Notes under the pieces: generated by a model
The model's database searches: none
Told to the model about the DNA's origin: nothing
Seen by the model: the letters and a program-made list of their open reading frames with translations, nothing else
Origin: an uncultured archaeon
GTDB taxonomy: Archaea > Asgardarchaeota > Lokiarchaeia > Sigyniarchaeales > SOKP01
Reading direction: 5' to 3'
Length of the DNA stretch: 18,273 bases
Assembly: GCA_964632315.1 (NCBI GenBank)
Contig: CAZWEM010000057.1
Location: forward strand, 1 to 18,273
Made by a program: the position numbers and the translations under genes
Part shown: piece by piece, positions 15,442 through 18,273 of the stretch
How the letters are laid out: the number at the start of each line of letters is the position of its first letter
Numbering within the stretch: the first letter of the stretch is position 1

Positions 15442-18273
15442 ATGATTCATTATAAATATTTATTCAGATATCTATTCATAAAAAAATCTTCTGTAGCAAT
15501 GATTTTCTCGATACTTACAATGCTTTTACTATCTGGGAGCGGTTTCATGTATTTTACAACACCTCTTCTTAATTCTGACAATCCAGTAAAGAGTATAGTA
15601 CCAAAAAGTGCGGGGTATTGGAATTTGGTAGGGACCCCTATTTATATAAATGCAAATTGGGCGACGATTAATGCTTCAAATGATTGGTGTAATGGCGCAG
15701 GAACCATTGGAGATCCTTACATCATTGAAAATGTAACAATCGATGCTTTAAATAGTGGTTCTTGCATTAGTGTACTGAATAGCGTTGATTACTTCATAAT
15801 TCGAAATTGTACCTTGATAGATGGCGGAAATACAGGTTTGAATTCAGGGATTTATTTAAGCAATGTACAAAACGGACTTATAGAAAACAATACTTGCTAT
15901 GATTCACGATGCGGTATTGTACTTCAATCAAGTTCAAATGTTGTTGTTAAAGACAATACAGTGTATAGTTCATCATTCGTGGGGATATACATGTACTATG
16001 GAAGCTCCAATGATGCAATTAACAACAAGATAACGGGGTCAAATCGTGGGTTATCAATATATGGAGCATCAAATATGAATTTCTCTCAAAATGAGATGAT
16101 AAACACGGGAATACACGTGGTTTATAATTCCGAAGCTGACTTGATCACGAATCATATTGACACGACCAATACAGTCTCAGGAAGGCCTATTTATTACATA
16201 GTAAATGTTGATGATCTTGATAACTCTGATTTCACTGATCCAGGACAGATCATACTCGTGAGTTGTGATAATGCCCAGATTTCGGGCTTTAATATTAATT
16301 ATACCAATATTGGAATGCAAATACTTTACAATACTAATGCAGAAATCTTTGGAAACAGCTTTTTCAGCGATTCAGATGCTGCAATTTTGGTACGAAGTGG
16401 AAATTTTAACAATATTACTGCTAATTATATCGAAGCTTGTAGTACTGGTATCGAATTTCAGGAATCGGTCCTTAATAGCACGCTTGACGATAATACCTTT
16501 TTGGACTCCTACAATGCAATCTATATCTTTACAAATTCAGAAGACAATTTGATCGTCAATAATAATATCACACATTGCTCACTTGGAATGTATATATCCA
16601 ATTGTGGAAATAATACTTATGAAAATAATGACATTATTGATTCAACTAGTCGCGGGATTGAATTTTCATCGGTAGCTAATAGCGAACTCGTAAAGAATAG
16701 AATCGATGGAAGTAGCTCATATGGACTGCAGCTTACTTACGACGCAGACGATATTGAGTTTCGAGAGAATACAATTAAGAATAGTGGAATAGCCGGAGTA
16801 AATATCATGAGTAACTGCGAAAATAACATGTTCATTCAGAATCAATTCCAAGCTAATGGAAAACACGTGATAGATGGAGGCACTGACAATTATTACAATA
16901 ATTCCGTGATAGGAAATTATTGGGACAATTACACTGGCATTGATGTGAATGATGATGGGATCGGGGATACTCCTCATTTGGTTCAAATAGCAAATTCCAT
17001 ATATGATTATTTGCCAATATGGAATGATGGCTATGATAATCCAATCCCAATTCACGTGGATAACAATTGGACTGAAACTGTAAATGCTTTCGATTGGGTA
17101 ACCGGTTCAGGAACTTGGGCTGATCCATACATCATCGAAGATATCACTATTGATGGTCAAGATAAAAAGTCAGGTATATACATTGAAAACACTGATGAAT
17201 ATTTTATCATTCGTAATTGCACCATACATAATACTCCTAGTGAATATAATTCAGAAGAAGGATTATATGATGCAGGAATTGCCATCAACCACGCTGACAA
17301 TGGAATGATTTATAATAATACCATCTATGATAACGGGTATGGGGCTATGAATCTCCAGTATGCCGATAATCACACGATCTTCGAAAATCATCTGATTCAA
17401 GACACAATCGTGTGGAATAAATATCTTTGGGGGATTGATACCTTTTGGTGTAACTACATTAAGATCATCAATAACACAATATCCGCCAACGCTGCTGTAG
17501 TCGGTTTTACATATTGTACTAACATGACTCTTAGAGATAATATAATGGAAAGGGGAGGGTTCCATTTTCGAGGAGCTACCCTTCAGCACGTCAATTCCCA
17601 TTACATACCAATATCAAACACTATAGATGGAAAACCGCTTTATTATTATAAAAACCGACAAAATCTCTCATCCATAGATTTCCAAAACGCTTGGCAAATA
17701 ATTTTAGCTAATTGTCATAATTCCTTAATTGAGGATCTCGAATACAACAATCCTAAGGGATATCAGTTCATTGATTTGCATTATTCCTATGATATTGTCA
17801 TTCAAGATTGCAATTTTACGGATGTTGGCGCCAGTTACGAATATATTCATCTAGATAGCTGTAATAATATCACTATTCAATATAACCGATTTTATAACGA
17901 AGAGTCTATATATATGGTGGGTTCCAGTCATAATACTATCAGATATAATGAATTCACGAGTACGAGTACAAGTATTATAGTTGGTGATCATTCAGATTCC
18001 AATAAAATTCATGATAACACATTTGATGGAGGAAGCTATGCTGTATTTTTCACTTATTATTGTGATGATAATGAGGTTTATAATAATGAAATTTCAAGCA
18101 TGTCATATGATGGAGTACGCATTTGGCGTTATAGCAATTTGAATCAAGTTTATCAAAATAACATAACGAACTGTAATACTAATGGAATTCATATCCATAC
18201 TGATTGTCAATCAAATATGATTCGAGAAAATCGAATTATTTCTAATACAGTCGGAATTTATATAGAACCTGGA
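15442..18273 (+). CDS. Large secreted/surface right-handed beta-helix protein (NosD/CASH-like) with tandem ~470-aa modules; 3' end outside the window
   Basis: Not in the ORF track because it has no stop in the window. The frame is open from ATG 15442 to the end (944 codons). It has a KK + hydrophobic N-terminal signal/anchor, many 'GI.L..S.N..I.NN.I' PbH1-type repeats, GNYWDNYTGIDVNDDGIGDTP, and numerous N-x-S/T sequons. Confidence 0.9.
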   Translation, partial: MIHYKYLFRYLFIKKSSVAMIFSILTMLLLSGSGFMYFTTPLLNSDNPVKSIVPKSAGYWNLVGTPIYINANWATINASNDWCNGAGTIGDPYIIENVTIDALNSGSCISVLNSVDYFIIRNCTLIDGGNTGLNSGIYLSNVQNGLIENNTCYDSRCGIVLQSSSNVVVKDNTVYSSSFVGIYMYYGSSNDAINNKITGSNRGLSIYGASNMNFSQNEMINTGIHVVYNSEADLITNHIDTTNTVSGRPIYYIVNVDDLDNSDFTDPGQIILVSCDNAQISGFNINYTNIGMQILYNTNAEIFGNSFFSDSDAAILVRSGNFNNITANYIEACSTGIEFQESVLNSTLDDNTFLDSYNAIYIFTNSEDNLIVNNNITHCSLGMYISNCGNNTYENNDIIDSTSRGIEFSSVANSELVKNRIDGSSSYGLQLTYDADDIEFRENTIKNSGIAGVNIMSNCENNMFIQNQFQANGKHVIDGGTDNYYNNSVIGNYWDNYTGIDVNDDGIGDTPHLVQIANSIYDYLPIWNDGYDNPIPIHVDNNWTETVNAFDWVTGSGTWADPYIIEDITIDGQDKKSGIYIENTDEYFIIRNCTIHNTPSEYNSEEGLYDAGIAINHADNGMIYNNTIYDNGYGAMNLQYADNHTIFENHLIQDTIVWNKYLWGIDTFWCNYIKIINNTISANAAVVGFTYCTNMTLRDNIMERGGFHFRGATLQHVNSHYIPISNTIDGKPLYYYKNRQNLSSIDFQNAWQIILANCHNSLIEDLEYNNPKGYQFIDLHYSYDIVIQDCNFTDVGASYEYIHLDSCNNITIQYNRFYNEESIYMVGSSHNTIRYNEFTSTSTSIIVGDHSDSNKIHDNTFDGGSYAVFFTYYCDDNEVYNNEISSMSYDGVRIWRYSNLNQVYQNNITNCNTNGIHIHTDCQSNMIRENRIISNTVGIYIEPG

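Noticed and set aside
16265-17601. Four tracked ORFs (16265+, 16717-, 16853-, 17263-)
   Set aside because: All lie within the long open frame of the beta-helix protein, which has clear repeat motifs.
1-18273. CRISPR array, tRNA/rRNA, IS element or prophage
   Set aside because: No regularly spaced direct repeats, GC-rich structured RNA, transposase/integrase motifs or terminal inverted repeats were seen by eye.

Overview
AT-rich, gene-dense archaeal chromosomal window. It most likely comes from an Asgard archaeon (Lokiarchaeia/Promethearchaeota). This is an inference from a Roadblock/LC7 protein, a longin/uDENN-like domain fused to a long coiled coil, and a giant NosD-like beta-helix surface protein with tandem 'W..G.GT..DPYIIE' modules. 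Other content: an amidohydrolase, a radical SAM/SPASM enzyme with a small downstream membrane ORF, a small protein plus AbiEii/DUF6036-like nucleotidyltransferase pair, an atypical SDR, a polytopic membrane alpha/beta-hydrolase, a YihQ-like GH31 glycosidase, a HAD hydrolase, an MBL-fold hydrolase and a zinc-ribbon/DUF4190 protein. Four ORFs missing from the supplied track were read by hand: two running off the window edges and two Cys-rich microproteins (7419-7592, 13580-13744). The most notable signals are three. The Roadblock gene has no in-frame ATG/GTG/TTG before its conserved N-terminal strands and apparently starts at ATC. The sulfoquinovosidase-like enzyme has Gln in place of the sulfonate-binding Arg and lies next to a membrane lipase. 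Two eukaryotic-signature-type genes lie about 3 kb apart. No rRNA, tRNA, CRISPR array or transposase was recognised. All family assignments come from motif recognition by eye, not database searches.
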